Positions 1-15,040 of a DNA stretch of 64,000 bases are shown here, in pieces; the stretch's first letter is position 1, and each line of letters begins with the position of its first letter. The notes beneath the pieces are model-generated. The model was not told where the DNA came from and did not search any database. It saw nothing but the letters and a program-made list of their open reading frames with translations. This DNA is from Eledone cirrhosa (lineage: Eukaryota), in NCBI GenBank assembly GCA_964016885.1, contig OZ024743.1, forward strand, positions 305,908,001 through 305,972,000. Direction: 5' to 3'. Made by a program: the position numbers and the translations under genes.

Positions 1-3000
1 TTGTCTATATCTCTAGGTACAGTATATATACCTTAGAGAACAGAGATAGTCTATATCTCTAGGTACAGTATATATACCTTTGAGAACAGAGATGGTCTAT
101 ATCTCTAGGTACAGTATATATACCTTAGAGAACAGAGATAGTCTATATCTCTAGGTACAGTATATATACCTTTGAGAACAGAGATGGTCTATATCTCTAG
201 GTACAGTATATATACCTTAGAGAACAGAGATGGTCTATATCTCTAGGTACAGTATATATACCTTAGAGAACAGAGATGGTCTAGATCTCTAGGTACAGTA
301 TAAATAGCCTAGAGAACAGAGATGGTCTATATCTCTAGGTACAGTATATATACCTTAGAGAACAGAGATGGTCTATATGTCTAGGTACCGTATATATACC
401 TTAAAGAAGAGAGATGGCCTATATCTCTAGGTACTGTATATATACCTTAAAGAACAGAGATGGTCTATATGTCTAAGTACAGTGTATATACCCTAGAGAA
501 CAGAGATGGTCTATATCTCTAGGTACACTATATATATCCTAGAGAACAGAGATGGTCTATATGTCTAGGTACAGTATATATACCATAGAGAACAGAGATG
601 GTCTATATCTCTTGGTACACTATATATACCCTAGAGAACAGAGATGGTCTATATGTCTAGGTACAGTATATATACCCTAGAGAACAGAGATGTCTATATC
701 TCTAGGTACAGTATATATACCCTAGAGAACAGAGATGTTCTATATGTCTAGGTACAGTATATATACCTTAGAGAACAGAGATGGTCTATATGTCTAGGTA
801 CAATATATATACCTTAAAGAAGAGAGATGGTCTATATGTCTAGGTACAGTATATATACCCTAGAGAACAGAGATGTCTATATCTCTAGGTACAGTATATA
901 TACCCTAGAGAACAGAGATGTTCTATATGTCTAGGTACAGTATATATACCTTAGAGAACAGAGATGGTCTATATCTCTAGGTACAGTATATATACCTTAG
1001 AGAACAGAGATAGTCTATATCTCTAGGTACAGTATATATACCTCAGAGAACAGAGATGGTCTATATCTCTAGGTACAGTATATATACCTTAGAAAACAGA
1101 GATGGTCTAGATCTCTAGGTTCAGTATATATACCCTAGAGAACAGATATGGTCTATATCTCTAGGTACAGTATATATACCCTAGAGAACAGATTTGGTCT
1201 ATATCTCTAGGTACACTATATATACCCTAGAGGACAGAGATGGTCTATATGTCTAGGTACAGTATATATACCCTAGAGAACAGAGATGGTCTATATCTCT
1301 AGGTACAGTATATATACCCTAGAGAACAGAGATGGTCTATATCTCTAGGTACAGTATATATACCCTAGAGAACAAAGATGGTCTATATCTCTAGGTACAG
1401 TATATATACCCTAGAGAACAGAGATAGTCTATATCTCTAGGTACACTATATATACGCTAGAGAACAGATATGGTCAATATGTCTAGGTACAGTATATATA
1501 CCTTAGAGAACAGAGATGGTCTATATCTCCAAGTACAGTATATATGCATTAGAGAACAGAGATGATCTATATATCTAGGTACAGTATATATACCCTACAG
1601 AATAGAGATGGTCTATATCTCTAGGTACACTACATATACCCTGGAGTACAGAGATGGTCTATATCTCTAGGTACAGTATATATACCTTAGAGAACAGAGA
1701 TGGTCTATATGTCTAGGTAAAATATATATACCTTAAAGAAGAGAGATGGTCTATATCTCTAGGTACAGTATATATACCTTAGAGAACCGAGATGGTCTAT
1801 ATCTCTAGGTACACTATATATACGCTAGAGAACAGATATGGTCTATATGTCTAGGTAAAATATATATACCTTAGAGAACAGAGATGCTCTATATCTCTAG
1901 TTACACTATATATACCTTAGAGAACAGTGATAGTCTATATCTCTAGGTACAGTATATATACCTTTGAGAACTGAGATGGTCTATATCTCTGGGTACAGTA
2001 TATATACCTTTGAGAACAGAGATGGTCTAGTTCTCTAGGTTCAGTATATAAACCCTAGAGAACAGAGATGGTCTATAAGTCTAGGTACAGTATATATACC
2101 TTAGAGAACAGAGATAGTCTATATCTCTATATACAGTATATATACCCTAGAGAAGAGAGATGGTCTATATCTCTAGGTACAGTACATATACCCTGGAGTA
2201 CAGAGATGGTCTATATCTCTAGGTACAGTATATATACCTTAGAGAACAGAGATGGTCTATATGTCTAGGTAAAATATATATACCTTAAAGAAGAGAGATG
2301 GTCTATATCTCTAGGTACAGTATATATACGCTAGAGAACAGATATGGTCTATAAGTTTAGGTACCGTACATATACCTTAGAGAACAGAGATACTCTATAT
2401 CTCTAGGTACACTATATATACCTTAGAGAACAGTGATAGTCTATATCTCTAGGTACAGTATATATACCTTTGAGAACTTAGATGGTCTATATCCCTGGGT
2501 ACAGTATATATACCTTAGAGAACAGAGATGGTCTATATCTCTAGGTACAGTATATATACCCTAGAAACAGAGATAGTCTATATGTCTAGGTACCGTATAT
2601 ATACCTGAGAGAACTGAGATAGTCTATATCTCTAGATACAGTATATATACCCTAGAGACCAGAGATGGTCTATATCTCTAGGTACAGTATATATACCTTA
2701 GAGAACAGAGATGGTCTATATCTCTAGGTACAGTATATATACCTTAGAGAACAGAGATGGTCTATATGTCTAGATACAGTATATATACCTTAGAGAACAG
2801 AGATAGTCTATATCTCTAGGTACAGTTTATATACCTTAGAGAACATAGATGGTCTATATCTCTGGGTACAGTATGTTTACCCTAGAGAACAGAGATAGTC
2901 TATATCTCTAGGTACAGTATATATACCCTAGAGAAGAGAGATGGTCTATATATCTAGGTACAGTATAAATACCCTAGAGAACAGAGATGGTCTATATCTC

Positions 3001-6000
3001 TAGGTACAGTATATATACCCTGGAGAACAGAGATGGTCTATATGTCTAGGTACAGTATATATACCTTAAAGAAGAGAGATGGTCTGTATCTCTAGGTCCA
3101 GTATATATACCTTAAAGAAGAGAGATGGTCTATATGTCTAGGTACAGTATATATACCTTAGAGAACAGAGATGGTCTATATCTCTAGGTATAGTATATAT
3201 ACCCTAGAGAAGAGAGATGGTCTATATCTCTAGGTACAGTATATATACCCTAGAGAAGAGAGATTGTCTATATCTCTAGGTACAGTATATATACCTTAGA
3301 GAACAGAGATAGTCTATATCTCTAGGTACAGTATATATACCTTTGAGAACAGAGATGGTCTATATCTCTAGGTACAGTATATATACCTTAGAGAACAGAG
3401 ATAGTCTATATCTCTAGGTACAGTATATATACCTTTGAGAACAGAGATGGTCTATATCTCTAGGTACAGTATATATACCTTAGAGAACAGAGATGGTCTA
3501 TATCTCTAGGTACCGTATATATACCTTAGAGAACAGAGATGGTCTAGATCTCTAGGTACAGTATAAATAGCCTAGAGAACAGAGATGGTCTATATCTCTA
3601 GGTACAGTATATATACCTTAGAGAACAGAGATGGTCTATATGTCTAGGTACCGTATATATACCTTAAAGAAGAGAGATGGCCTATATCTCTAGGTACTGT
3701 ATATATACCTTAAAGAACAGAGATGGTCTATATGTCTAAGTACAGTGTATATACCCTAGAGAACAGAGATGGTCTATATCTCTAGGTACACTATATATAT
3801 CCTAGAGAACAGAGATGGTCTATATGTCTAGGTACAGTATATATACCATAGAGAACAGAGATGGTCTATATATCTTGGTACACTATATATACCCTAGAGA
3901 ACAGAGATGGTCTATATGTCTAGGTACAGTATATATACCTTAGAGAACAGAGATGGTCTATATCTCTAGGTACAGTATATATACCTTAGAGAACAGAGAT
4001 GGTCTATATCTCTAGGTACAGTATATATACCTTAGAGAACAGAGATGGTCTATATGTCTAGGTAAAATATATATACCTTAAAGAAGAGAGATGGTCTATA
4101 TCTCTAGGTACAGTATATATACCTTAGAGAACCGAGATGGTCTATATCTCTAGGTACACTATATATACGCTAGAGAACAGATATGGTCTATATGTCTAGG
4201 TAAAATATATATACCTTAGAGAACAGAGATGCTCTATATCTCTAGTTACACTATATATACCTTAGAGAACAGTGATAGTCTATATCTCTAGGTACAGTAT
4301 ATATACCTTTGAGAACTGAGATGGTCTATATCTCTGGGTACAGTATATATACCTTTGAGAACAGAGATGGTCTAGTTCTCTAGGTTCAGTATATAAACCC
4401 TAGAGAACAGAGATGGTCTATAAGTCTAGGTACAGTATATATACCTTAGAGAACAGAGATAGTCTATATCTCTATATACAGTATATATACCCTAGAGAAG
4501 AGAGATGGTCTATATCTCTAGGTACAGTACATATACCCTGGAGTACAGAGATGGTCTATATGTCTAGGTAAAATATATATACCTTAAAGAAGAGAGATGG
4601 TCTATATCTCTAGGTACAGTATATATACGCTAGAGAACAGATATGGTCTATAAGTTTAGGTACCGTACATATACCTTAGAGAACAGAGATGCTCTATATC
4701 TCTAGGTACACTATATATACCTTAGAGAACAGTGATAGTCTATATCTCTAGGTACAGTATATATACCTTTGAGAACTTAGATGGTCTATATCCCTGGGTA
4801 CAGTATATATACCTTAGAGAACAGAGATGGTCTATATCTCTAGGTACAGTATATATACCCTAGAAACAGAGATAGTCTATATGTCTAGGTACCGTATATA
4901 TACCTGAGAGAACTGAGATAGTCTATATCTCTAGATACAGTATATATACCCTAGAGACCAGAGATGGTCTATATCTCTAGGTACAGTATATATACCTTAG
5001 AGAACAGAGATGGTCTATATCTCTAGGTACAGTATATATACCTTAGAGAACAGAGATGGTCTATATGTCTAGATACAGTATATATACCTTAGAGAACAGA
5101 GATAGTCTATATCTCTAGGTACAGTTTATATACCTTAGAGAACATAGATGGTCTATATCTCTGGGTACAGTATGTTTACCCTAGAGAACAGAGATAGTCT
5201 ATATCTCTAGGTACAGTATATATACCCTAGAGAAGAGAGATGGTCTATATATCTAGGTACAGTATATATACCCTGGAGAACAGAGATGGTCTATATGTCT
5301 AGGTACAGTATATATACCTTAAAGAAGAGAGATGGTCTGTATCTCTAGGTCCAGTATATATACCTTAAAGAAGAGAGATGGTCTATATGTCTAGGTACAG
5401 TATATATACCTTAGAGAACAGAGATGGTCTATATCTCTAGGTATAGTATATATACCCTAGAGAAGAGAGATGATCTATATCTCTAGGTACAGTATATATA
5501 CCCTAGAGAAGAGAGATTGTCTATATCTCTAGGTACAGTATATATACCTTAGAGAACAGAGATAGTCTATATCTCTAGGTACAGTATATATACCTTTGAG
5601 AACAGAGATGGTCTATATCTCTAGGTACAGTATATATACCTTAGAGAACAGAGATAGTCTATATCTCTAGGTACAGTATATATACCTTTGAGAACAGAGA
5701 TGGTCTATATCTCTAGGTACAGTATATATACCTTAGAGAACAGAGATGGTCTATATCTCTAGGTACAGTATATATACCTTAGAGAACAGAGATGGTCTAG
5801 ATCTCTAGGTACAGTATAAATAGCCTAGAGAACAGAGATGGTCTATATCTCTAGGTACAGTATATATACCTTAGAGAACAGAGATGGTCTATATGTCTAG
5901 GTACCGTATATATACCTTAAAGAAGAGAGATGGCCTATATCTCTAGGTACTGTATATATACCTTAAAGAACAGAGATGGTCTATATGTCTAAGTACAGTG

Positions 6001-9000
6001 TATATACCCTAGAGAACAGAGATGGTCTATATCTCTAGGTACACTATATATATCCTAGAGAACAGAGATGGTCTATATGTCTAGGTACAGTATATATACC
6101 ATAGAGAACAGAGATGGTCTATATCTCTTGGTACACTATATATACCCTAGAGAACAGAGATGGTCTATATGTCTAGGTACAGTATATATACCCTAGAGAA
6201 CAGAGATGTCTATATCTCTAGGTACAGTATATATACCCTAGAGAACAGAGATGTTCTATATGTCTAGGTACAGTATATATACCTTAGAGAACAGAGATGG
6301 TCTATATGTCTAGGTACAATATATATACCTTAAAGAAGAGAGATGGTCTATATGTCTAGGTACAGTATATATACCCTAGAGAACAGAGATGTCTATATCT
6401 CTAGGTACAGTATATATACCCTAGAGAACAGAGATGTTCTATATGTCTAGGTACAGTATATATACCTTAGAGAACAGAGATGGTCTATATCTCTAGGTAC
6501 AGTATATATACCTTAGAGAACAGAGATAGTCTATATCTCTAGGTACAGTATATATACCTCAGAGAACAGAGATGGTCTATATCTCTAGGTACAGTATATA
6601 TACCTTAGAAAACAGAGATGGTCTAGATCTCTAGGTTCAGTATATATACCCTAGAGAACAGATATGGTCTATATCTCTAGGTACAGTATATATACCCTAG
6701 AGAACAGATTTGGTCTATATCTCTAGGTACACTATATATACCCTAGAGGACAGAGATGGTCTATATGTCTAGGTACAGTATATATACCCTAGAGAACAGA
6801 GATGGTCTATATCTCTAGGTACAGTATATATACCCTAGAGAACAGAGATGGTCTATATCTCTAGGTACAGTATATATACCCTAGAGAACAAAGATGGTCT
6901 ATATCTCTAGGTACAGTATATATACCCTAGAGAACAGAGATAGTCTATATCTCTAGGTACACTATATATACGCTAGAGAACAGATATGGTCAATATGTCT
7001 AGGTACAGTATATATACCTTAGAGAACAGAGATGGTCTATATCTCCAAGTACAGTATATATGCATTAGAGAACAGAGATGATCTATATATCTAGGTACAG
7101 TATATATACCCTACAGAATAGAGATGGTCTATATCTCTAGGTACACTACATATACCCTGGAGTACAGAGATGGTCTATATCTCTAGGTACAGTATATATA
7201 CCTTAGAGAACAGAGATGGTCTATATGTCTAGGTAAAATATATATACCTTAAAGAAGAGAGATGGTCTATATCTCTAGGTACAGTATATATACCTTAGAG
7301 AACCGAGATGGTCTATATCTCTAGGTACACTATATATACGCTAGAGAACAGATATGGTCTATATGTCTAGGTAAAATATATATACCTTAGAGAACAGAGA
7401 TGCTCTATATCTCTAGTTACACTATATATACCTTAGAGAACAGTGATAGTCTATATCTCTAGGTACAGTATATATACCTTTGAGAACTGAGATGGTCTAT
7501 ATCTCTGGGTACAGTATATATACCTTTGAGAACAGAGATGGTCTAGTTCTCTAGGTTCAGTATATAAACCCTAGAGAACAGAGATGGTCTATAAGTCTAG
7601 GTACAGTATATATACCTTAGAGAACAGAGATAGTCTATATCTCTATATACAGTATATATACCCTAGAGAAGAGAGATGGTCTATATCTCTAGGTACAGTA
7701 CATATACCCTGGAGTACAGAGATGGTCTATATCTCTAGGTACAGTATATATACCTTAGAGAACAGAGATGGTCTATATGTCTAGGTAAAATATATATACC
7801 TTAAAGAAGAGAGATGGTCTATATCTCTAGGTACAGTATATATACGCTAGAGAACAGATATGGTCTATAAGTTTAGGTACCGTACATATACCTTAGAGAA
7901 CAGAGATACTCTATATCTCTAGGTACACTATATATACCTTAGAGAACAGTGATAGTCTATATCTCTAGGTACAGTATATATACCTTTGAGAACTTAGATG
8001 GTCTATATCCCTGGGTACAGTATATATACCTTAGAGAACAGAGATTGTCTATATCTCTAGGTACAGTATATATACCCTAGAAACAGAGATAGTCTATATG
8101 TCTAGGTACCGTATATATACCTGAGAGAACTGAGATAGTCTATATCTCTAGATACAGTATATATACCCTAGAGACCAGAGATGGTCTATATCTCTAGGTA
8201 CAGTATATATACCTTAGAGAACAGAGATGGTCTATATCTCTAGGTACAGTATATATACCTTAGAGAACAGAGATGGTCTATATGTCTAGATACAGTATAT
8301 ATACCTTAGAGAACAGAGATAGTCTATATCTCTAGGTACAGTTTATATACCTTAGAGAACATAGATGGTCTATATCTCTGGGTACAGTATGTTTACCCTA
8401 GAGAACAGAGATAGTCTATATCTCTAGGTACAGTATATATACCCTAGAGAAGAGAGATGGTCTATATATCTAGGTACAGTATAAATACCCTAGAGAACAG
8501 AGATGGTCTATATCTCTAGGTACAGTATATATACCCTGGAGAACAGAGATGGTCTATATGTCTAGGTACAGTATATATACCTTAAAGAAGAGAGATGGTC
8601 TGTATCTCTAGGTCCAGTATATATACCTTAAAGAAGAGAGATGGTCTATATGTCTAGGTACAGTATATATACCTTAGAGAACAGAGATGGTCTATATCTC
8701 TAGGTATAGTATATATACCCTAGAGAAGAGAGATGGTCTATATCTCTAGGTACAGTATATATACCCTAGAGAAGAGAGATTGTCTATATCTCTAGGTACA
8801 GTATATATACCTTAGAGAACAGAGATAGTCTATATCTCTAGGTACAGTATATATACCTTTGAGAACAGAGATGGTCTATATCTCTAGGTACAGTATATAT
8901 ACCTTAGAGAACAGAGATGGTCTATATCTCTAGGTACAGTATATATACCTTAGAGAACAGAGATGGTCTATATCTCTAGGTACAGTATATATACCTTAGA

Positions 9001-10637
9001 GAACAGAGATGGTCTAGATCTCTAGGTACAGTATAAATAGCCTAGAGAACAGAGATGGTCTATATCTCTAGGTACAGTATATATACCTTAGAGAACAGAG
9101 ATGGTCTATATGTCTAGGTACCGTATATATACCTTAAAGAAGAGAGATGGCCTATATCTCTAGGTACTGTATATATACCTTAAAGAACAGAGATGGTCTA
9201 TATGTCTAAGTACAGTGTATATACCCTAGAGAACAGAGATGGTCTATATCTCTAGGTACACTATATATATCCTAGAGAACAGAGATGGTCTATATGTCTA
9301 GGTACAGTATATATACCATAGAGAACAGAGATGGTCTATATCTCTTGGTACACTATATATACCCTAGAGAACAGAGATGGTCTATATGTCTAGGTACAGT
9401 ATATATACCCTAGAGAACAGAGATGTCTATATCTCTAGGTACAGTATATATACCCTAGAGAACAGAGATGTTCTATATGTCTAGGTACAGTATATATACC
9501 TTAGAGAACAGAGATGGTCTATATGTCTAGGTACAATATATATACCTTAAAGAAGAGAGATGGTCTATATGTCTAGGTACAGTATATATACCCTAGAGAA
9601 CAGAGATGTCTATATCTCTAGGTACAGTATATATACCCTAGAGAACAGAGATGTTCTATATGTCTAGGTACAGTATATATACCTTAGAGAACAGAGATGG
9701 TCTATATCTCTAGGTACAGTATATATACCTTAGAGAACAGAGATAGTCTATATCTCTAGGTACAGTATATATACCTTTGAGAACAGAGATGGTCTATATC
9801 TCTAGGTACAGTATATATACCTCAGAGAACAGAGATGGTCTATATCTCTAGGTACAGTATATATACCTTAGAAAACAGAGATGGTCTAGATCTCTAGGTT
9901 CAGTATATATACCCTAGAGAACAGATATGGTCTATATCTCTAGGTACAGTATATATACCCTAGAGAACAGATTTGGTCTATATCTCTAGGTACACTATAT
10001 ATACCCTAGAGGACAGAGATGGTCTATATGTCTAGGTACAGTATATATACCCTAGAGAACAGAGATGGTCTATATCTCTAGGTACAGTATATATACCCTA
10101 GAGAACAGAGATGGTCTATATCTCTAGGTACAGTATATATACCCTAGAGAACAAAGATGGTCTATATCTCTAGGTACAATATATATACCCTAGAGAACAG
10201 AGATGGTCTATATCTCTAGGTACAGTATATATACCTAAGAGAACAGAGATGGTCTATATGTCTAGGTACAGTATATATACCCTAGAGAACAGAGATGGTC
10301 TATATAGGTAGAGTATATATACCACAGACAGTAGAGATGGGCTATGACTATAGGTAAATTATATATAGAGAGAACAGAGATATATATAGTGAACAGAGAT
10401 GGTTTATATAAGTACAGTATATATACTCTGGAAAACAGAGATTGTCTATATATATATATATTGTTACAGTATATATCCCCAAGAGAACAAAGATGGTGTA
10501 TATTTCTAGATATAGTATATATAACCTAGACAAAAGAGAGGTCTATATCTATAGGCATAGTATATATATACCCTAGAGAACAGAGATGATCTATGTCTAT
10601 ATGTACAGAATATATACCCTAGAGAGCAGAGATAGTC
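1..10637. repeat. 46-bp tandem satellite (consensus AGAGAACAGAGATGGTCTATATCTCTAGGTACAGTATATATACCYT) with higher-order structure; runs off the window start
   Basis: Period 46 (GTCTATATCTCT at 3 and 49). The variant block starting TTGTCTA recurs at 1, 3264, 5517 and 8780. Monomers degenerate after about 10310. Confidence 0.98.
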
Positions 10638-13600
10638 GTTATCTAAATCGCAGCGGATCATCTAGGTCGTACCTAGATAGATTTTTAGTTAGAAATAAGG
10701 ACAGGGACTTTTAAGTTGTCCAGAAATGCTCATGGTTGGCTATTCAGACCACAAGTTGGTGACCTGCATGGTCAACCTTGATAGAACGCATAGACAGGGC
10801 CCCGGTTACTGGAAGCTCAACTTGTCCTTGCCGGCAAGTAGAGCCTACAGGGATCGGATTAGTACGTTAGTTAAGGAACGGTTGACTGGAGCGATCGTCA
10901 ACAGCAGGTTGTGGGTATCTCTAAAGAGAGAGATTAGAGTAGTCTCGATAGAATTTAGTAAGGTTCTAGGAGCTAATAGATAGAGTAGAAGAGGCTATTA
11001 GAAGCGGCGACGTGGCCAGAGTGCTAGCGCCGAGAACGGCTTTGAGCCAGTTTTTCGACGCGAAGCACGAAGGCTGCGTTGTCCGTAGTAAAATACGTGC
11101 TCTAGGGAACGAGGGGACCAAAGCTGTTAGCTGGGCCCGCGTGACAGAGGCCAACAGTGGAACTAAATCCACCATCCGGTCTTTGCGAGACCTGGATGGA
11201 CGGGCGATTCTTGAGCCTAAGCAGATGTGTGAGGCCTTTCAGAGGCACTTTGCCCGACTGTTTGGGAGGGGCGGGGAGCCGGTTGGGAACGTGGACTTCG
11301 GTCCATACCTCGACGGCCTGCCGCGCCTCTCAGACAGGGAGGCGAAGTCCTGCGAGGAGCCGATTTCGGCCGCTGAGATAGAGGACGTGCTGAGCCAATG
11401 CGGCAAACGCAAATCCCCGGGTCTCGATGGTCTTCCTTACGAATTATATCTAGCTATGCCGGACTTGTTCCTCGATCTCCTCGAGGCGGTCTACTGCAAC
11501 TGGCAACAGAACGGGAGAATTCCCTGTACTGTGACCAAGGGCGTAGTCACGCTAGTGAGGAAGGACGAGAACAAGGGGGACGAAATAAGTAACTTCAGGC
11601 CCATAACTCTGCTAAATACAGAGTTACAGATTTTGGCCAAGGTGCTAGCAAAGAGGTTGGCGCTTGTCGTGGGCGACCTGGTGGGAGATGCGCAGACATG
11701 TGCTATCCCGTCCAGGTCCATCCACGATAACCTCCACCTCATGTGATACATCATAGAGAGGGTTGGGAACGAACCCGGCTTTGGTGGGGCCCTGATCAAC
11801 TTGGATCAATCTAAGGCATTCGATAGGGTCGACCATGGTTACCTGGATGCGGTGCTAGCGGCGGCAGGCTTCGGACCCGTTTTCAGGGGCTGGATCAATG
11901 CCATGCACAGCCGCCACATCTGCTCTAGGGTCAAGGTGAATGGCTACCTCTCGGAGCCGTTCAAAATCGCGCGGTCCATCCGACAAGGGTGCCCTCTTTC
12001 CTCCCTTCTGTATGTGTTGACTCTCGAGCCACTACTGCGGAAGTTGGAGTTGTTGCAGGGCATCCCTTTGGAACCGGGATTGCGGAAAGCGGTGTCGGCC
12101 TACGCCGATGACGTGACAGTAATGGTGTCGACGGCCTCCGAAATCGACGCGGTCGGCACCTTACTGGAGGAGTACGAAAGGTTCACAGGGGCTAAGCTGA
12201 ACCGGGACAAGTCGATCGGTTTGCAACTCGGCACGTGGAGGGGCAGACCGATGCCCTCCGATGGCGTCGTCGGACGCTGGACGGAGGGCCCGGTGAAGTT
12301 GCTAGGGGTCTGGTTCGGACCGGACCTCCAGGTGGAGAAAAACTGGGCGGAGGTTACGAACAGGGTGTTTGCACTGACCCAGAAGTGGGCCAGTTGCAAA
12401 CTATCCCTGAAAGGTCGGGCGGAGGTGGCGAACACCTATATAGCGTCCGTCATCTACTACCGCCTGACCGTAGTGCCCTGCCCAAGGGAAACCCTCACCA
12501 AGATGGAGCGCGAACTCTTCCAATTCCTTTGGAAGAGGCGGGCTCCTATGGTGAGGAGATACATCTGCTGTCAACACCCTTCGAAAGGGGGGCTGGGGAT
12601 GCCGTGGCTAATGATGCGTAAACACGCATTAAGGCTACGGCACCTCTACGTATTCCTCACCGGTCAACCGGTGTGGGCCTCGTTTGTGAGACGAACCTTT
12701 CCCAGACTCGTCTCACTCACCGAGCTGCAATCCTGGGTCAAGCAAAGACCGAGAAAACTGGGCGCCTGGCACACTGAGTGTGCCCAGGCGCTCACCGCCC
12801 TCTGGCAGGCGGATCCGGTTATCAGTGGAGACTCCACCGCAACATTCTATAGAGGGCTGGTACGCAGCAGGTGCGACGACGCCCTCGGAGAAGCCCTAGA
12901 CATGGAGGAGGACGAACTGGCCAGCCTGTTCGGTAGGACATTCAGCCCGGGACCTATGGACAACTTCCAGAAGTCCCTGGCCTGGCAGTGCTACCGAGGG
13001 GCTTTACCCGTTCGAGAAAGGCTCTACAGACACGGGCGCCCGGGTAGGGACCCCGCCAAAAAGATCTGTCCCAGATGCGTGTGCGACGAGGAAACCGTTG
13101 CACACGCATTGGTACACTGCTCGGGCGTAGCCGATCTGTGGGGCTATGTCGAACAACTGCTGTCAAGGGTGGGACCGATCCGGTTGACCACCGAGTCTAT
13201 TGTAATGATCAAGCCGCCTCCCCCCTTCAAAGATGAAGCAGAGGCGGTGTTTCTGTGCGTAATAGCCATGGCGAAAGAGGTTGTATGGTGGACGCGTCTG
13301 AAAGGACTGAGGTCAGGCACCTTTCTCTCTGGCCAACAACTGGTCCGTTTCTTCCGATATCATTTCGGAAGAAGGATCAGGATGGAGAGAGAGGTGCTGC
13401 ACCCCAGTCGTTTTTATGAAAGGTGGGTGAAAGTGGCGAGAATGGCCCGTGTGAATGGGCCTTCTCTTTACATAAGCCTGTAGGTGGAAAAGAGGAAGGA
13501 ACGAGGGAGCACCCCCTCTCTGTGCTCCTGGGGAAAAGGGTTGCACACTTTTTTCGGGGGTGTGTGCGACTCCCCAAGGCGCCTCCTCTCTATTGAGGAT

Positions 13601-13745
13601 TTTGTTATAAATTTTATTTTTTGTTATATTTTATTTTATTTTTATATTTTGTTATTGCCTCCTCCTTATTGAGGACGCCTTTTTGTGTAAACTCCCCCCT
13701 TTGTACTTGTCCCACTTTTGATGCCCTGGTGGCAAATAAAAGAAA
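10638..13745 (+). mobile_element. 5'-truncated Tx1/L1-clade non-LTR retrotransposon inserted in the satellite edge
   Basis: GC-rich block with an APE C-terminal remnant (YLDR, YSDHKLV), RT motifs, 3' UTR ending AATAAAAGAAA. Satellite resumes in register at 13746. Confidence 0.93.
10640..13483 (+). pseudogene. Tx1-like ORF2 (APE remnant, RT, CCHC zinc knuckle) with one frameshift near 10980 and an in-frame TGA at 11744
   Basis: KSPGLDG, NFRPITLLN, DQSKAFDRV, RQGCPLS, YADD, GGLGMP, CPRCVCDEETVAHALVHC. ORFs 11012 and 11801 are in the same frame. Confidence 0.9.
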
Positions 13746-13822
13746 CATATCTATATGTACATTATACACCCTAGACAACAGAGATTGTTTATATTTATAG
13801 ATACAGTATATATACACTAGAC
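13746..13822. repeat. degenerate 46-bp satellite monomers
   Basis: CCCTAGACAACAGAGATTGTTTATATTTATAGATACAGTATATA matches the consensus. Confidence 0.85.
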
Positions 13823-14144
13823 CAGTACTACTCAAAGTGCCGGTACGCGAACCATCAGCTACCGGTACGCGGCCTTTCACACTAGTAAAGATTAAGCTTA
13901 TATAATTTTAATTTTTGTGTTAATAAACTGCTTGTTATTTTTTTAATTACTTTTTTTTTTATGTTTTGATATTGTATTATTTGTTTACAAAATAAATAGA
14001 AGATAAAGAAATGGTCAACTTTTATTATATTCATTGTATATATCGTTTCCGGTATAAATTAATATTACTACGAAATATTAGCATTACATGTCACATTGAA
14101 AATAAAAATGCCGTCCGCCACATCAGATAGTTTGAGAAGCACTG
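13823..14144. mobile_element. hAT (Charlie/Buster-type) MITE
   Basis: Imperfect TIRs CAGTACTACTCAAAGT / AGTTTGAGAAGCACTG; 8-bp TSD CACTAGAC / CCCTATAC (6/8) with central TA. Confidence 0.8.
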
Positions 14145-14184
14145 CCCTATACAGTAGATATCGTCTATATATATATATATAGAC

Positions 14185-15040
14185 CAGGAATCTTCCTGCA
14201 CACCAGATCAGATGGCAAGCTGTTCAACTTCGCCTGCCTCCTGTCTTGGGACAGGACACAGAGGCACCGCCAGTCATCAAAATCGATGACTATGAGTTCG
14301 ACGTCGTCCATCAGTTCCCCTACCCCGGTTCCACTGTCACCGACAACCTCTTCCTGGACATAGAGCTCAACAGGGGGATTGGGAAGTTAGCCACAACATT
14401 TGCCCGCCTCACAACCTAAGTGTGAACAAACCCCAAGCTGGTGGTAAAGACCAAAATGGCTGTGTACAATGCCTGTGTCATTGGAGACTGCTGTATGGCA
14501 GTGAGACATGGTCCCCATATGGTACAGAAACCTGCGCTGTATCTTGGGTATATCCTGGTAGGACAGATTGCCGAACGCCGAGATTCTTATTCGTGCTGGC
14601 CTTCCCAGCATGTTTACCCTGCTCCGACAGTGCAGATTACGCTGGCTAGGACACGATCACTGCATGAATGATGGCCACATCCCAAAAGACATCTTATATG
14701 GGGAGCTGGCCTCTGGAAAGAGAGCCACCGATCGACCCCGGCTGCGATACAAGGACATTGTGAAGAGAGATATGAAGGCCATTGAGATCAACACAGAGTC
14801 CTGGGAGGGCCTCGCAGCTTACAGGCCAAGATGGAGAAACACCCTGAATCAACACCTGAAATCAGAGGAGGAGGGGTTGATGTATGCAGTAGCGGACAGG
14901 AGAGCCTGGCAAAAAGAGCACAATAAATCCAACAGACCAGAGACCATATACAGATGTGTTCAATGTGATGCTATTCCAGCCAAGCTGACAACAGGATACT
15001 ACCCATCGTCAGCCTTGACCAAAGGAGACCTTAAACTTAA
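14185..15040 (+). mobile_element. 5'-truncated, internally deleted RTE LINE fragment
   Basis: TRSDGKLFN, RLRWLGH, IPKDILYGEL, RPRLRYKD; ends in a CTTAAA tandem tail. Confidence 0.88.

Noticed and set aside
2068-7784. Two identical 66-aa ORFs
   Set aside because: Chance frames in the satellite, repeated by the 5516-bp higher-order period.
1-10637. CRISPR-like array or ribozyme-containing satellite
   Set aside because: No unique spacers, no cas genes, and the monomer consensus has no hammerhead core.
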